Part shown: one piece after another, positions 1 to 9,589 of the stretch
How positions within the stretch are numbered: the stretch's first letter is position 1
How the letters are laid out: the number at the start of each line of letters is the position of its first letter
Assembly: GCA_963776245.1 (NCBI GenBank)
Contig: CAVZLN010000003.1
Location: forward strand, 768,561 to 832,560
DNA from: Candidatus Eiseniibacteriota bacterium
GTDB taxonomy: Bacteria > Eisenbacteria > RBG-16-71-46
Direction of reading: 5' to 3'
DNA length: 64,000 nt
Notes under the pieces: model-generated
What the model was told of the DNA's origin: nothing
Seen by the model: only the letters and a program-made list of their open reading frames with translations
The model's database searches: none
Position numbers and translations under genes: made by a program

Positions 1-3000
1 ACGATCGCCACGGGCCCGGCCGCGGGTGGCTGGAGCAACGCCGAGCCGGTGACGTTCACCTTCACGGGAACCGACGACGCGGCGGCGGTGAACGAGCTGC
101 GCTACACGTGGCGCGCGGACAGCGCGGCGTGGAGCGCGCCGGCGCTCTCGACCAGCGCGGCGCTGGCGGGGCTGGCCGAGGGCGTGCACAGCTTCGAGGT
201 GGCGGCGGTGGACCGGGCGGGGAACGTGGACGCCACGCCGGCGAGTCGCACGTTCACGGTGGACCGCACCGCGCCGACGGTGGCGATCGTGAGCGGCCCG
301 GCGGAGGGCGAGACGCTGGGGGTGTCGGTGGCGACACTGGTGGCGCGCGGCAGCGACGACCGCGCGAGCGCGGCGCAGCTCGCGTACTCGCGCTCGCTGG
401 ACGGGGCGGCCTACACCACGCCGGTGGCGGACAGCACGATCACGCTGACCAACCTCGGCGATGGCGCTCACACGCTGGCGGTGCGCGCGCACGACGCGGC
501 GGGCAACGCGGGTGTACCGGTGACGCGCACCTGGCGGGTGGAGGCGACGGCGGCGGCGGTGGTGTTGCTGGCGGGGCCGGCCGAGGGCGCGCACGTGCGC
601 GCCACCGCGGCGAGCTTCGACTGGACGGCGTCGTCGTCGAACACGCCGCTGGGGGAGATCCTCTACCGGCACGCGCTGGACGGGAGCCCGTCGGGGGCGT
701 GGACGCGCGACACCACGGCGAGCTACAGCGGGCTGGCGCCCGCGGCGCACACGTTCACGGTGGAATCGCAGGACCGCTGGGGCCACGTCAACGCGCTGAC
801 GCGGACGTGGCGGGTGGACACGCTGCCGCCCAACACGACGCTGGCGAGCGGGCCGGCGGACGGCGGGTGGGCGAACAGCGCGAACGTGACGTTCACGTTC
901 AGTGGCAGCGATGACGCGGCGGCGGTGAACCAGTTGCGCTACACGTGGCGGGCGGACAGTGCCGCGTGGAGCGCGGTGGGACCGGGGGCGCCGGTGGGGC
1001 TGAGCGGGCTGGCCGAAGGCGCGCACACGTTCGAGGTGGCGGCGGTAGACCGGGCGGACAATCAGGACCCGAGCCCGGCGCTGAGCCGCTACACGGTGGA
1101 CCTGACGCTGCCGCAGACCGAGTTGCTGAGCGGACCGGCGGAGGGCGAGACGCTGCGGGTGGCGCAGGCGACGTTCACCTTCACCGGCAGCGATGACCGC
1201 ACCGGCACCGGCGCGCTGCAGTACGCCTGGCGGCTGGATGGTGGAGGCTGGAGCGCCTACGCGAGCGCGCCGAGCGCCACCCCCACGAACGTGGCGGACG
1301 GACCTCACACCTTCGAGGTGCGGGCGCGCGACCTGGCGGGCAATGCGGACGCGACGCCGGCGGCGCGTGGGTTCTGGGCCGACACGCACGGGCCGGTGGT
1401 GGCGCTGACGGCGGGACCGGCGGCGGGGGCGTGTCTGAACGCGAGCGACGTGGCGGTGGCGTGGTCCGCCACCGACGTGGTGACGCCGCGGGCAAGCCTG
1501 TTGTTCGGATACCGGCTGGACGGCGCGGGGTGGAGCGGCTACGCGCCGGACACCGCGGCGACGTTCCCGGGTCAGAGCGAGGGGCAGCACACGCTGGAGG
1601 TGCGGGCGCTCGACCTGGCGGGGAACGTGGGGACGCTGGCGCGGACGTTCACGCTCGACCGCACGGCGCCGGTGATGGACCTGCCGACGCTGCGGGCGCT
1701 GGACGGCTCGCAGATCCGGGCGACGTGCACGGCGAGCGACAACGGGACGCTGAGCGGGTTCCACGTGCAGATCGCGACCGACAGCGCGTTCGCGAGCCCG
1801 GTGCTGGACGCGACGATCGGCAGCGCCGGGGTGGCGACGGTGGCGGGCAGCCCGGGGCACACCTACTTCGCGCGGGGCTACGCGATCGACTGCGCGGGGA
1901 ACGCGAGTGGCTACAGCGCGGTGTCGAACGAGGCGACGCTGGACAACCTGGCGGACCTGGCGGTGCGCGGGGTGACGGTGCCGGCGACGGCGTCGTCGGG
2001 GCTGCCGATGCAGGTGTCGTGGACGGTGGCGGACAGCGGGCTGGGGGCCACCAACGTGCCGCGCTGGTACGACGACCTCTACCTGTCGCCGACCGCGACG
2101 TTCAACCCGGGCACCGCGTCCTACCTCGGCCGGTTCGAGAACCCGACCTATCTGGCGGCGGGCGAGGCGTACAGCAAGACGGCCCAGGTGACGCTGCCGC
2201 GCGGCGCGGCGGGCACGTATCACGTGTTCGCGTTCACCGACAATACGAACCTGGTGTCGGAGACCGACAACGGCAACAACGGGCGGGTGTCGGGGCCGGT
2301 GGCGGTGACGCTCTCGGACTACGCCGACCTGGTCGTGACGGGCATCGCGGCCTCGCCGACGGCGTACTCGGGCGAGACCATCAATGTCCGCTGGACGGTG
2401 AAGAACCAGGGCAGTGGCCGCAGCGATTCGGACCACTGGTACGACACGGTGTTCCTGTCGGCGGACTCGGTGTTCGGGTACGTCCTCCCGGCGAGCCCGG
2501 CGGGAACGATCCGGGTGGACGAACAGCCGCTCGGGCAGTTCCAGCACGTCGGGGCGCTGGAGGCCGAGAGCACGTACGTGGCGAACGTCCAGGTGCGGCT
2601 GCCCGACGGCATCCAGGGGGCGTACCACGTGTTCGTGGCGAGCGACCTCTATGCGACCGCCGCCAGCCAGAACGTCTCGCTGATCGGCAGCGTGTTCGAG
2701 AACACCACCGAGATCAATCCGTCGGGGCCGAGCCCGACGCAGGTGACGATGACGCCGCCGCCGAACCTGGTGGCGAAGGCGGCCAGCGTGCCGGTGAGCG
2801 CCGCGTCGGGCACCACCGTCGCGGTGAACTGGCGGGTCGCGAACCAGGGCTTCAATGCCACGCGGACGGGCTCGTGGACCGACCGCGTGTACTTCTCGAC
2901 CGACACCGTGCTCGACGGCGGCGATCGCCTGATGGGCTCGTTCGGACATGGCGGCGACCTCGCCCTGGACGCCGAGTACACGCAGCAGGCCTCGATCGCG

Positions 3001-6000
3001 CTGCCGATCGACTTCTCCGGCACGCACTACGTCTTCGTGCGCACCGACGCCGACGGGGCGGTCTACGAGTCGGACGAGAGCGACAACGTGTGGCGCGCTC
3101 CCTGGCCGCTCACCGTCACGCTCTCGGCGTGGCCCGACCTGCGAGTGACCGGCGGCGGCGTGGTCGTCGCCGCGCGGGCCGGCGAGGTGGTGCCGGTGTC
3201 GTGGACGGTGCAGAACCACGGCGTGGGCACGTCCGTGGGGCGCGGCTGGAGCGACATCGTCTACCTCTCGCCCAGTCCGACGTGGGGTGCGGGGCCCCTG
3301 CGTTCGCTGGGGGCATTCGGTAATCCCACCGGGCTGGCGCCGGGGGCGAGCTACACGCGCAACGCGAGCGTGGCGCTGCCCACCGACCTGTCGGGCACGC
3401 AGTACGCCTTCGTCGTCACCGATGGCTACGGTGCGGTGTTCGAGAACGGTTCCGAGTCGGACAACGTGCGCGGCCTCGGCGCCCCCGGCGACACCGGTGC
3501 CATCGGCGTCCCGGTCGCGATCACAGTGACAGCATATCCGCCGGTGGACCTGATCGTGACCGGCGTGACGGCACCCGACTCCGCGGCCTCGGGACGAAGC
3601 GTCTCGGTGACGTGGACGGTGTCCAACACCGGCAGCGGCACCACGCTCGCCGGCGGCTGGACCGAGAATGTCTATCTGTCGGCGGACACGCTGATCGACG
3701 GGAGCGATCTGCGCCTGGCTTCGGTGGGACACGGCGGCGCGCTCGGCGCCGGCGAGGGCTACGCGGCGCAGGCGAGCGGGACGCTGCCCAACGGCTTCAG
3801 CGGCACGTTCCACGCGCTGGTGCGGACCGACGCCTACGGGAACGTGGCGGATGCCAACACCGCGAACAACACGCGCCGGGCCCCCGGCACGATCGCGGTG
3901 CGGCTCACGCCGGCCCCGGATCTGGCGGCCACGTCCATCTCGACCGACGCGCAGGGCACCGCGGGCCAGCCGCTGACGGTGCGGTGGACCGTCGCGAACC
4001 AGGGCCCGGGCCCGATCGTGCCCGAGCGCTGGACGGCCGGCTGCTATCTGTCGTCGGACGCGGTGCTGGATGGCTCGGACGTCCTGCTCTCGAGCCTGGG
4101 GCACAGCGGGCCGTTCCTGTCCGCGACCACGGTGAGCGACACCGTGAGCGTGACGCTGCCGAGCTGGGCCTCGGGGCCGTTCTACCTGTTCGTGCGCGCC
4201 GACAACGACAACTCGGTGTACGAAGCGGGCGCGGAGGGGAACAACACCGCGCGCACCCAGCTCCAGGTCACGCTGTCCGCGCCCGCGAATCTGGTGGTGC
4301 GCGATGTCGTGATGCCGTCGGTCGCGATTCCGGGCGAGCCGGTGACGGTGTCGTGGACGCTCGCCAACATCGGGTCCAATCCGGCGGTGGGGCAGATCCA
4401 TTCGGCGGTGTACGTGTCGCCGGACCCGGTGTTCGACGTCAGCGATCCGGTGCTCGACATCGTGCCGACGACCATCAACCTCCCGCCGGGCACCACGCAG
4501 CACTTCTCCCGCGAGGTGAGCATGGAGCGGGCGTTCCGCGCCGACGCGCTCGGGAACCTCACCGCCGTCCTGCCCGGGGTCTCGCCGGGCGGCTACCACG
4601 GCATCGTGCGCGTGAACGTTCGCAACAGCGTGCGCGAGGAGACGCTGGCCGACAATGCGGGGGCGTCGGCGGACACCGTGCACGTGGAGGTGGCGGTGCT
4701 GGCGATCGGCGACTCGGCGCTGGCGACCCTGCAGGCCGGGCAGTCGCGCTACTACCGCATCGAGGCGCCGGCGGGCCAGGACCTCTCGGTCCAGCTCGAG
4801 ACCGAGTCGTCCGATGCCACCAACGAGCTGTTCGCCGCGTTCGGGCGGCCGCCCTCGCCGGGGTCGTTCGACTTCGCCGGGCCGGCGGAGTTCACCGCGC
4901 ACCCGTCGATCCTGGTCCCGAGCACGCAGGCCGGTCCGTACTACGTGCTGCTGACCGCGCGCGCGCTGCCATTCGGCGCGACGTCGGAGCTGGTCAAGCT
5001 GCGCGCGCGCGCGCTGCCGTTCTCGATCACGGCGGTGACGCCGGCACGGGGCGGTCAGGCGGCCTACGTGACCACCCGGATCGATGGCGCCGGGCTGCGC
5101 GACTCGACCCGGCTCTACCTGGTGGCCAACCGCGTGCGGGTGGCGCAGGCCGAGCGCGTGAAGTTCGAGAACACCACCGCGCTGCTGGCGCGCTGGGACC
5201 TGTCGGCGGTCCTGACGAACTCCTACGACGTGGAGGCGGAGGTGGGCGACAGCGTGTTCACCTTGAAGGGCGCCTTCACGGTCGAAAGGGCGACGACGCT
5301 CGAGGTGGTGACGACCGCGGTGAAGCCCGACGTGATCCGCCGCTCGGGAACGAATTCGTTCACCTTCCGTTTCCGCAATGCTTCCAATCGGGACCTGCCG
5401 GTCTTCCGCGGCCGGTTGCTCATCCCGGCCACCAGTACGCTGGTGAATATCGCCACCGACGATGGCCTGCGACGCCGCAGCGACCTGTTCCCGGAGCGCT
5501 TCACGCCGATCGAGGGGGACGTGGTCGCGATGACGGATACCAGCACCGGGTCCGCGGTGCGCGTGCTCGACCTGGTGGCGACCGAGATGGCCCCCGAGCG
5601 TGAGCTGTCGTGCACGGTCGTGCTCAAGGGCTTCGAGCAGAGCCCGTTCTCGATCCGCGCGCTGACCGAGACGATGGAGCTCTCGGCCTACCTGCAACGG
5701 GAGTTGACGCGGATCGAGGCGGCGCGTCGCAGCGTGCTCAGCGACCCGGCCGCCCACCCGGTCCCGATCGTGGGTCTCGCCTCGGATGCCGGGGCCTGGG
5801 CCGACACCGCCCTCCAGCGGGGGTACGTCGAGCGCGGGCTCGTGAGCGCGGCGGACGTGACGGCCTATGCCGCGGCCCACGGTGGCCTCGTGGGCGATGC
5901 CGGCGACGAACCGGCCGGTCCGGCGGACCTGCTCGCCGAGCGATCCGTCGGCGGATCGTGTGGGGCACCGGCGGGCGTGCCCGAGTGCCGCCCCGATGAG

Positions 6001-7302
6001 GTGCCGCTCACCACGTCGCTGCCGGCCTGCCGGTCGTGCTTCGAGGACAGCGCGGAGATCGTCGTCGCGGTCCCCGGCCCCGAGGCCGTCGCCATCGCGC
6101 AGGCGACCTGCGGTGGATTCTCCGGCACGCTCAGCGCGGACGCGCGGGTGATCGCGCCCTGCGACCCGAATCTCCTCACCGGGCCCGCCGGCTTCGGCGC
6201 CTCCCACTGGGTCGGGGACGGGGTCCCGCTGGTCTACCGTGTGGACTTCGAGAATCTCCCGGTGATCGCCACCGCACCGGCCCAGGTGGTGCAGGTGCGT
6301 GTGCCGATCGACGCGAATCTCGAGCTCTCCTCGCTGCGGCTCGGCAATCTGGGATTCGGCGCGAACGTCATCGACGTCCCGGCGAACCAGACCACGTACT
6401 CCGACGAGTCGTACTTCGCCGATCTCGGCCTGAACGTGCGCATCACGGCGGGTGTGGACGTGGCCCAGCGGGCGGTGGTCTGGACCTTCACCTCGATCGA
6501 TCCGGAGACCGGGGCCCAGCCGACCAATTCGCTCCTCGGATTCCTGCCGGTCAACGACGTCTCGGGGCGCGGGATGGGCTTCGTGAACTTCAGCATCCGA
6601 TTGCGCAAGAGCCTCGCGACCGGGGTCGCGGTGACGCATCAGGCGAGCATCAAGTTCGACGTCAATTCGCCGCTGCTGACCAACACCGTGAGCAACCTCG
6701 TGGACGCCACGCCGCCGCACAGTGCCATGATGCCCACGGTCGAGTTGATCGACTCCACACGCGCGCGCGTGCGCTGGAGCGGGACTGACGACCCGTCCGG
6801 CACCGGCTTGCGCGATGTCGCGGTCTACCTGACGTGTGACGGAAGCCCCTATTCCCTGCAGGCCACCGGCGTCCGCGGCGACTCCCTGCTGGTGCCGGTC
6901 GAGAGCGGGCGGCGTTACGCGCTCTACACCATCGCCACCGACAACGCCGGCAATGTCGAACCCGCCAAGTCGAACGCCGAGGCGTGGGTGGGAGTGCCGG
7001 TGACGGGAGTGCCGCCGACGGTGGAGGCGCTGCCCACGCGCTTCGCGCTGTACCCCGCGTACCCGAACCCGTTCCAGCGCGAGGCCACCGTCCGCTTCGA
7101 CCTGCCGGTGGCGAGCGAGGTGACGCTGGAGTGGTTCGATGTCGCGGGGCGGCGTGTGGCGGTGCCGCTGCACGCCAAGCGCTTCGTCGCCGGGCGTCAC
7201 AGCGTGCCGTTCCGCGGCGAGGGCCTGGCGAGCGGGCTGTACTTCTACCGGTTCCAGGCGGGCCGCTTCGAACAGACGAGGAAGATGCTGATCATCCGGT
7301 AG
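1..7302 (+). CDS. Giant secreted repeat protein, 5-prime partial (continues upstream of the window). N-terminal ~110-aa Ig-like repeats, then ~9 CARDB-like repeats, then a C-terminal Por/T9SS-type (TIGR04183-like, FlgD-Ig-like) sorting domain
   Basis: Frame 1 stays open back to nt 1, and the codons before the ORF-track start match the internal repeat (…VTFTF(T/S)G(T/S)DDAAAVN(E/Q)LRYTWRADSAAWSA… recurs). Units of the form DLVVTG…V.V.WTV.N.G recur about 9 times. The C-terminus LYPAYPNPFQREATVRFDL…VTLEWFDVAGRRVA…ASGLYFYRFQAGRFEQTRKMLIIR fits the Por-secretion C-terminal domain pattern. GC3 bias is strong. Confidence 0.8.
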   Translation, partial: TIATGPAAGGWSNAEPVTFTFTGTDDAAAVNELRYTWRADSAAWSAPALSTSAALAGLAEGVHSFEVAAVDRAGNVDATPASRTFTVDRTAPTVAIVSGPAEGETLGVSVATLVARGSDDRASAAQLAYSRSLDGAAYTTPVADSTITLTNLGDGAHTLAVRAHDAAGNAGVPVTRTWRVEATAAAVVLLAGPAEGAHVRATAASFDWTASSSNTPLGEILYRHALDGSPSGAWTRDTTASYSGLAPAAHTFTVESQDRWGHVNALTRTWRVDTLPPNTTLASGPADGGWANSANVTFTFSGSDDAAAVNQLRYTWRADSAAWSAVGPGAPVGLSGLAEGAHTFEVAAVDRADNQDPSPALSRYTVDLTLPQTELLSGPAEGETLRVAQATFTFTGSDDRTGTGALQYAWRLDGGGWSAYASAPSATPTNVADGPHTFEVRARDLAGNADATPAARGFWADTHGPVVALTAGPAAGACLNASDVAVAWSATDVVTPRASLLFGYRLDGAGWSGYAPDTAATFPGQSEGQHTLEVRALDLAGNVGTLARTFTLDRTAPVMDLPTLRALDGSQIRATCTASDNGTLSGFHVQIATDSAFASPVLDATIGSAGVATVAGSPGHTYFARGYAIDCAGNASGYSAVSNEATLDNLADLAVRGVTVPATASSGLPMQVSWTVADSGLGATNVPRWYDDLYLSPTATFNPGTASYLGRFENPTYLAAGEAYSKTAQVTLPRGAAGTYHVFAFTDNTNLVSETDNGNNGRVSGPVAVTLSDYADLVVTGIAASPTAYSGETINVRWTVKNQGSGRSDSDHWYDTVFLSADSVFGYVLPASPAGTIRVDEQPLGQFQHVGALEAESTYVANVQVRLPDGIQGAYHVFVASDLYATAASQNVSLIGSVFENTTEINPSGPSPTQVTMTPPPNLVAKAASVPVSAASGTTVAVNWRVANQGFNATRTGSWTDRVYFSTDTVLDGGDRLMGSFGHGGDLALDAEYTQQASIALPIDFSGTHYVFVRTDADGAVYESDESDNVWRAPWPLTVTLSAWPDLRVTGGGVVVAARAGEVVPVSWTVQNHGVGTSVGRGWSDIVYLSPSPTWGAGPLRSLGAFGNPTGLAPGASYTRNASVALPTDLSGTQYAFVVTDGYGAVFENGSESDNVRGLGAPGDTGAIGVPVAITVTAYPPVDLIVTGVTAPDSAASGRSVSVTWTVSNTGSGTTLAGGWTENVYLSADTLIDGSDLRLASVGHGGALGAGEGYAAQASGTLPNGFSGTFHALVRTDAYGNVADANTANNTRRAPGTIAVRLTPAPDLAATSISTDAQGTAGQPLTVRWTVANQGPGPIVPERWTAGCYLSSDAVLDGSDVLLSSLGHSGPFLSATTVSDTVSVTLPSWASGPFYLFVRADNDNSVYEAGAEGNNTARTQLQVTLSAPANLVVRDVVMPSVAIPGEPVTVSWTLANIGSNPAVGQIHSAVYVSPDPVFDVSDPVLDIVPTTINLPPGTTQHFSREVSMERAFRADALGNLTAVLPGVSPGGYHGIVRVNVRNSVREETLADNAGASADTVHVEVAVLAIGDSALATLQAGQSRYYRIEAPAGQDLSVQLETESSDATNELFAAFGRPPSPGSFDFAGPAEFTAHPSILVPSTQAGPYYVLLTARALPFGATSELVKLRARALPFSITAVTPARGGQAAYVTTRIDGAGLRDSTRLYLVANRVRVAQAERVKFENTTALLARWDLSAVLTNSYDVEAEVGDSVFTLKGAFTVERATTLEVVTTAVKPDVIRRSGTNSFTFRFRNASNRDLPVFRGRLLIPATSTLVNIATDDGLRRRSDLFPERFTPIEGDVVAMTDTSTGSAVRVLDLVATEMAPERELSCTVVLKGFEQSPFSIRALTETMELSAYLQRELTRIEAARRSVLSDPAAHPVPIVGLASDAGAWADTALQRGYVERGLVSAADVTAYAAAHGGLVGDAGDEPAGPADLLAERSVGGSCGAPAGVPECRPDEVPLTTSLPACRSCFEDSAEIVVAVPGPEAVAIAQATCGGFSGTLSADARVIAPCDPNLLTGPAGFGASHWVGDGVPLVYRVDFENLPVIATAPAQVVQVRVPIDANLELSSLRLGNLGFGANVIDVPANQTTYSDESYFADLGLNVRITAGVDVAQRAVVWTFTSIDPETGAQPTNSLLGFLPVNDVSGRGMGFVNFSIRLRKSLATGVAVTHQASIKFDVNSPLLTNTVSNLVDATPPHSAMMPTVELIDSTRARVRWSGTDDPSGTGLRDVAVYLTCDGSPYSLQATGVRGDSLLVPVESGRRYALYTIATDNAGNVEPAKSNAEAWVGVPVTGVPPTVEALPTRFALYPAYPNPFQREATVRFDLPVASEVTLEWFDVAGRRVAVPLHAKRFVAGRHSVPFRGEGLASGLYFYRFQAGRFEQTRKMLIIR

Positions 7303-7330
7303 TGAGCGGCCAGGTCGCCTCGCGGTGTGG

Positions 7331-7354
7331 CCCGGGCGCGGAAGCCCGCCCGGG
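7331..7354. terminator. GC-rich hairpin (8-bp stem CCCGGGCG/CGCCCGGG, 8-nt loop) between two convergent genes; candidate bidirectional terminator
   Basis: Inverted repeat read directly, 29 nt after the stop of the giant gene and 12 nt before the stop of the minus-strand gene. There is no U-tract, which is expected at this GC content. Confidence 0.3.
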
Positions 7355-7365
7355 CCCCGCGCGGA

Positions 7366-7734
7366 TCAGCGTCCCGCGCTCGCGGACGCGCCCGCGGGCT
7401 TCACCACCACCTTGTGTGCCGTCGCGCGGCCGCCCTCGTCCCGGTAGTACACCGTGACGCGAGCGTCCTTCTCGAGGTCACCGACGGTGGACATCTCCGC
7501 GTGCTTCACGAACGTCATCGTCCGCGCCGCATTGCCCCGCTTCTCGACCGTGATGCTGTTCTTGTCGAGCGTGGTCACCCAGCCCGTGAACTGGCGCATC
7601 GTCGCCTTCTTCGCGGTGCCGGTCTGCACCGCGGCGCCCTTCGACGCCGCCGCGTGCGCGGTGCTCGCACCGATCACGGGCGCCGCGCACAACAGCGCGG
7701 CCGCGAGCGGTACGGCGATCCAACCCTGCCTCAT
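7366..7734 (-). CDS. Small secreted hypothetical protein (~122 aa) with an N-terminal signal peptide
   Basis: ORF 7366..7779. The internal ATG (MRQGWIAVPLAAALLCAAPVIGASTAHA) is preceded by GGGAGGTGAGGAAG, a strong SD. The hydrophobic h-region and AHA cleavage-like site are visible. Confidence 0.6.
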   Translation of the reverse strand: MRQGWIAVPLAAALLCAAPVIGASTAHAAASKGAAVQTGTAKKATMRQFTGWVTTLDKNSITVEKRGNAARTMTFVKHAEMSTVGDLEKDARVTVYYRDEGGRATAHKVVVKPAGASASAGR

Positions 7735-8006
7735 CTTCCTCACCTCCCTTCGCCACCTCGGGGGCAGGGCGGAGCGCAATCTAGTGCGGCGCGCATAGCC
7801 GAGTCAACACTTCATCCGCTATCCATGCGGGTGGAAACGCTGTCGCCACTCCGTCATCCGGAGTGACGGGCCGGGTGCCGGAGCCGCGGGGGACGGGCCG
7901 CGCGCCACCGTCGCGGGCCGGGCAGCCCGCGGACTCGCGCCACCGGGCGTCGCGGCCGTCCCGCGTGACCACGACGGTGACAGTCCTTCGGGGCGTTCCG
8001 GATCCC

Positions 8007-8855
8007 TCAGCCGCGCGGCGGCCGGCGGATGCGGAGCTTGATCATGCGCGAGGCGAGCGTGGAGGGCGGCAGGCCGAGGATGGCCGCGGCCCCGCCCGGG
8101 CCGCTGACCTTCCAGCGGGCGTGTTCGAGCACGCGCACGATCGCGTCCCGTTCGATCTCGGCGATGGGGCGCAGGTGGGCGCCTTCCGGTGCCGAGGCGC
8201 GCTCGCGCTCGCGTGGCGCCGCGGGCGACCGTCCGGATGTCGCGCGGCCGGCGAGCGCCTCGAACGCGCGCGCGGTGACGATGGCGTTGGAGGCCAGCCG
8301 GGCGGCGATCGCCAGCGCCTCGGCATCGCCGTCCGCCCACTCGCGGCGCGAGAACGCCGCCAGCACCCCGAGCAGCTCGTCGTGGAACCGCAGCGGCAAC
8401 GCCGCGAAACCGCGCACGCGGTGCACCGCGAGCCACGAGGATTCCGCGAGGCCGAGGGACGACAGGTCGCCGTGCACCACGTAGGGCTCGAGCGTGACCG
8501 CGATCCGACCGACACGGCGGGCGCCGAGAGGGAAGCGACGGAACGGTCCGTCGAGGCGCGAGGTGAGCCCGGCGCTCGCCACCAGGTGCAGGCAGGTGCG
8601 CCGGTCGGCGCACTCGCCGCGCATCGCGCAGGCGGCGCAGGCGTCACCAGGTCCCATCAGCCACACCCGGGAGAGCACGGCGTCGAACGCATCGGCACAC
8701 CCGCGGGCGATCGCGTCGAGCACCCCGGCCGCGGACAGCGCCCCCGCGAGGGCGTCGGAGAGCCCAAGCGCGTATGGCTCGATGGCGCTCATCAATGAGA
8801 GCGCTGAGTCTTCACCACGCGGTCCTGTCGTCGTCTCAACTTGTTCTGGTGACAT
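8007..8855 (-). CDS. GAF-domain transcriptional regulator with a C-terminal Fis-type helix-turn-helix
   Basis: Central GAF-like region. The C-terminus AAILGLPPSTLASRMIKLRI is typical of a Fis-family HTH. There is no AAA/sigma-54 domain. The first 21 codons use atypically AT-rich codons, so the true start may be the internal ATG at about 8792. Confidence 0.7.
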   Translation of the reverse strand: MSPEQVETTTGPRGEDSALSLMSAIEPYALGLSDALAGALSAAGVLDAIARGCADAFDAVLSRVWLMGPGDACAACAMRGECADRRTCLHLVASAGLTSRLDGPFRRFPLGARRVGRIAVTLEPYVVHGDLSSLGLAESSWLAVHRVRGFAALPLRFHDELLGVLAAFSRREWADGDAEALAIAARLASNAIVTARAFEALAGRATSGRSPAAPRERERASAPEGAHLRPIAEIERDAIVRVLEHARWKVSGPGGAAAILGLPPSTLASRMIKLRIRRPPRG

Positions 8856-8862
8856 GAGGTCC

Positions 8863-8919
8863 TGATATGCCGTGACTAGTGAATTTCACGATATATCGTG
8901 TCTAGCGATATACCGTGAA
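8863..8919. promoter_or_regulatory. AT-rich operator-like element: perfect 14-bp palindrome CACGATATATCGTG flanked by direct repeats GATAT(G/A)CCGTGA(C/A) and a CGTGA-N11-TCACG inverted repeat
   Basis: Read directly in the 170-bp intergenic region just 5-prime of the GAF/Fis regulator start (minus strand). This is a local AT-rich island in a ~70% GC background. Confidence 0.4.
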
Positions 8920-9025
8920 CAGCTTCCACGAGCCGCAGACCCAAGTCAAGGCCGATCCTGGGGCAGGTCGGGACGCCACGGCAGCGGGCTCAGCAAGGAA
9001 GTGCGACACCACCTCGCTGTCCGGC

Positions 9026-9589
9026 TCAGGCGTCCCCGGCGCCCGCGGGATTCCCGAGCAACTCCCCCTGGCCCGCGCCCGCGTAGGTCGCGCCCTCGTG
9101 ACGCAGCAGCCACGCCTTGCGCTCGAGTCCGCCGCCGTAGCCCCAGAGCGTGCCGTCGGCGCCGATCACACGATGACAGGGCACGAACAGCGCCACCGGG
9201 TTGGCGCCGTTCGCCGCTCCCGTGGCGCGCACCGCCCGCGGGCGGCCGATGTGGCGCGCGAGCTCGGCGTAGGTCCAGGTCCGGCCGGGCGGAATGCCGC
9301 GCAGCGCGGTCCACACCGCGCACTGGAATGGGGTGCCGAGCAGTTCCACCCGCTGCTCGTCGAGCGCCGCGAGATCACCCGCGAAATAGCGCGCCAGCCG
9401 GCTCGCCGCGCCGGCCGCGTCGGGATGCGGCCGGACCACCTGCGGCCCGGCGTGCCGGACGACATGGCGCAGCACCGCGCAGTCGGGGTCGGTGCGGCCG
9501 TCGAGCGTGAGTCCGACCAGGCGGTCCTCGCGCGCGAACAGCGCCAACGGGCCGAGCGGGGTGCGGGTCACCGTCAGGTCGAGCGTCAT
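9026..9589 (-). CDS. ogt: Methylated-DNA--protein-cysteine methyltransferase (O6-alkylguanine-DNA alkyltransferase)
   Basis: Active-site motif PCHRV and an HTH region (VWTALRGIPPGRTWTYAELA). The ATG overlaps the stop of the upstream gene (ATGA), and an SD GGAGGCACG sits upstream. Confidence 0.9.
   Translation of the reverse strand: MTLDLTVTRTPLGPLALFAREDRLVGLTLDGRTDPDCAVLRHVVRHAGPQVVRPHPDAAGAASRLARYFAGDLAALDEQRVELLGTPFQCAVWTALRGIPPGRTWTYAELARHIGRPRAVRATGAANGANPVALFVPCHRVIGADGTLWGYGGGLERKAWLLRHEGATYAGAGQGELLGNPAGAGDA

Noticed and set aside
108-5603. Long ORFs overlapping the giant gene in other frames (108..914, 1431..3323, 3612..5603 and others)
   Set aside because: Arg/Gly/Pro-rich translations with no motifs. 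They are expected shadow ORFs in a 70% GC sequence, and the in-frame repeat protein explains the region.
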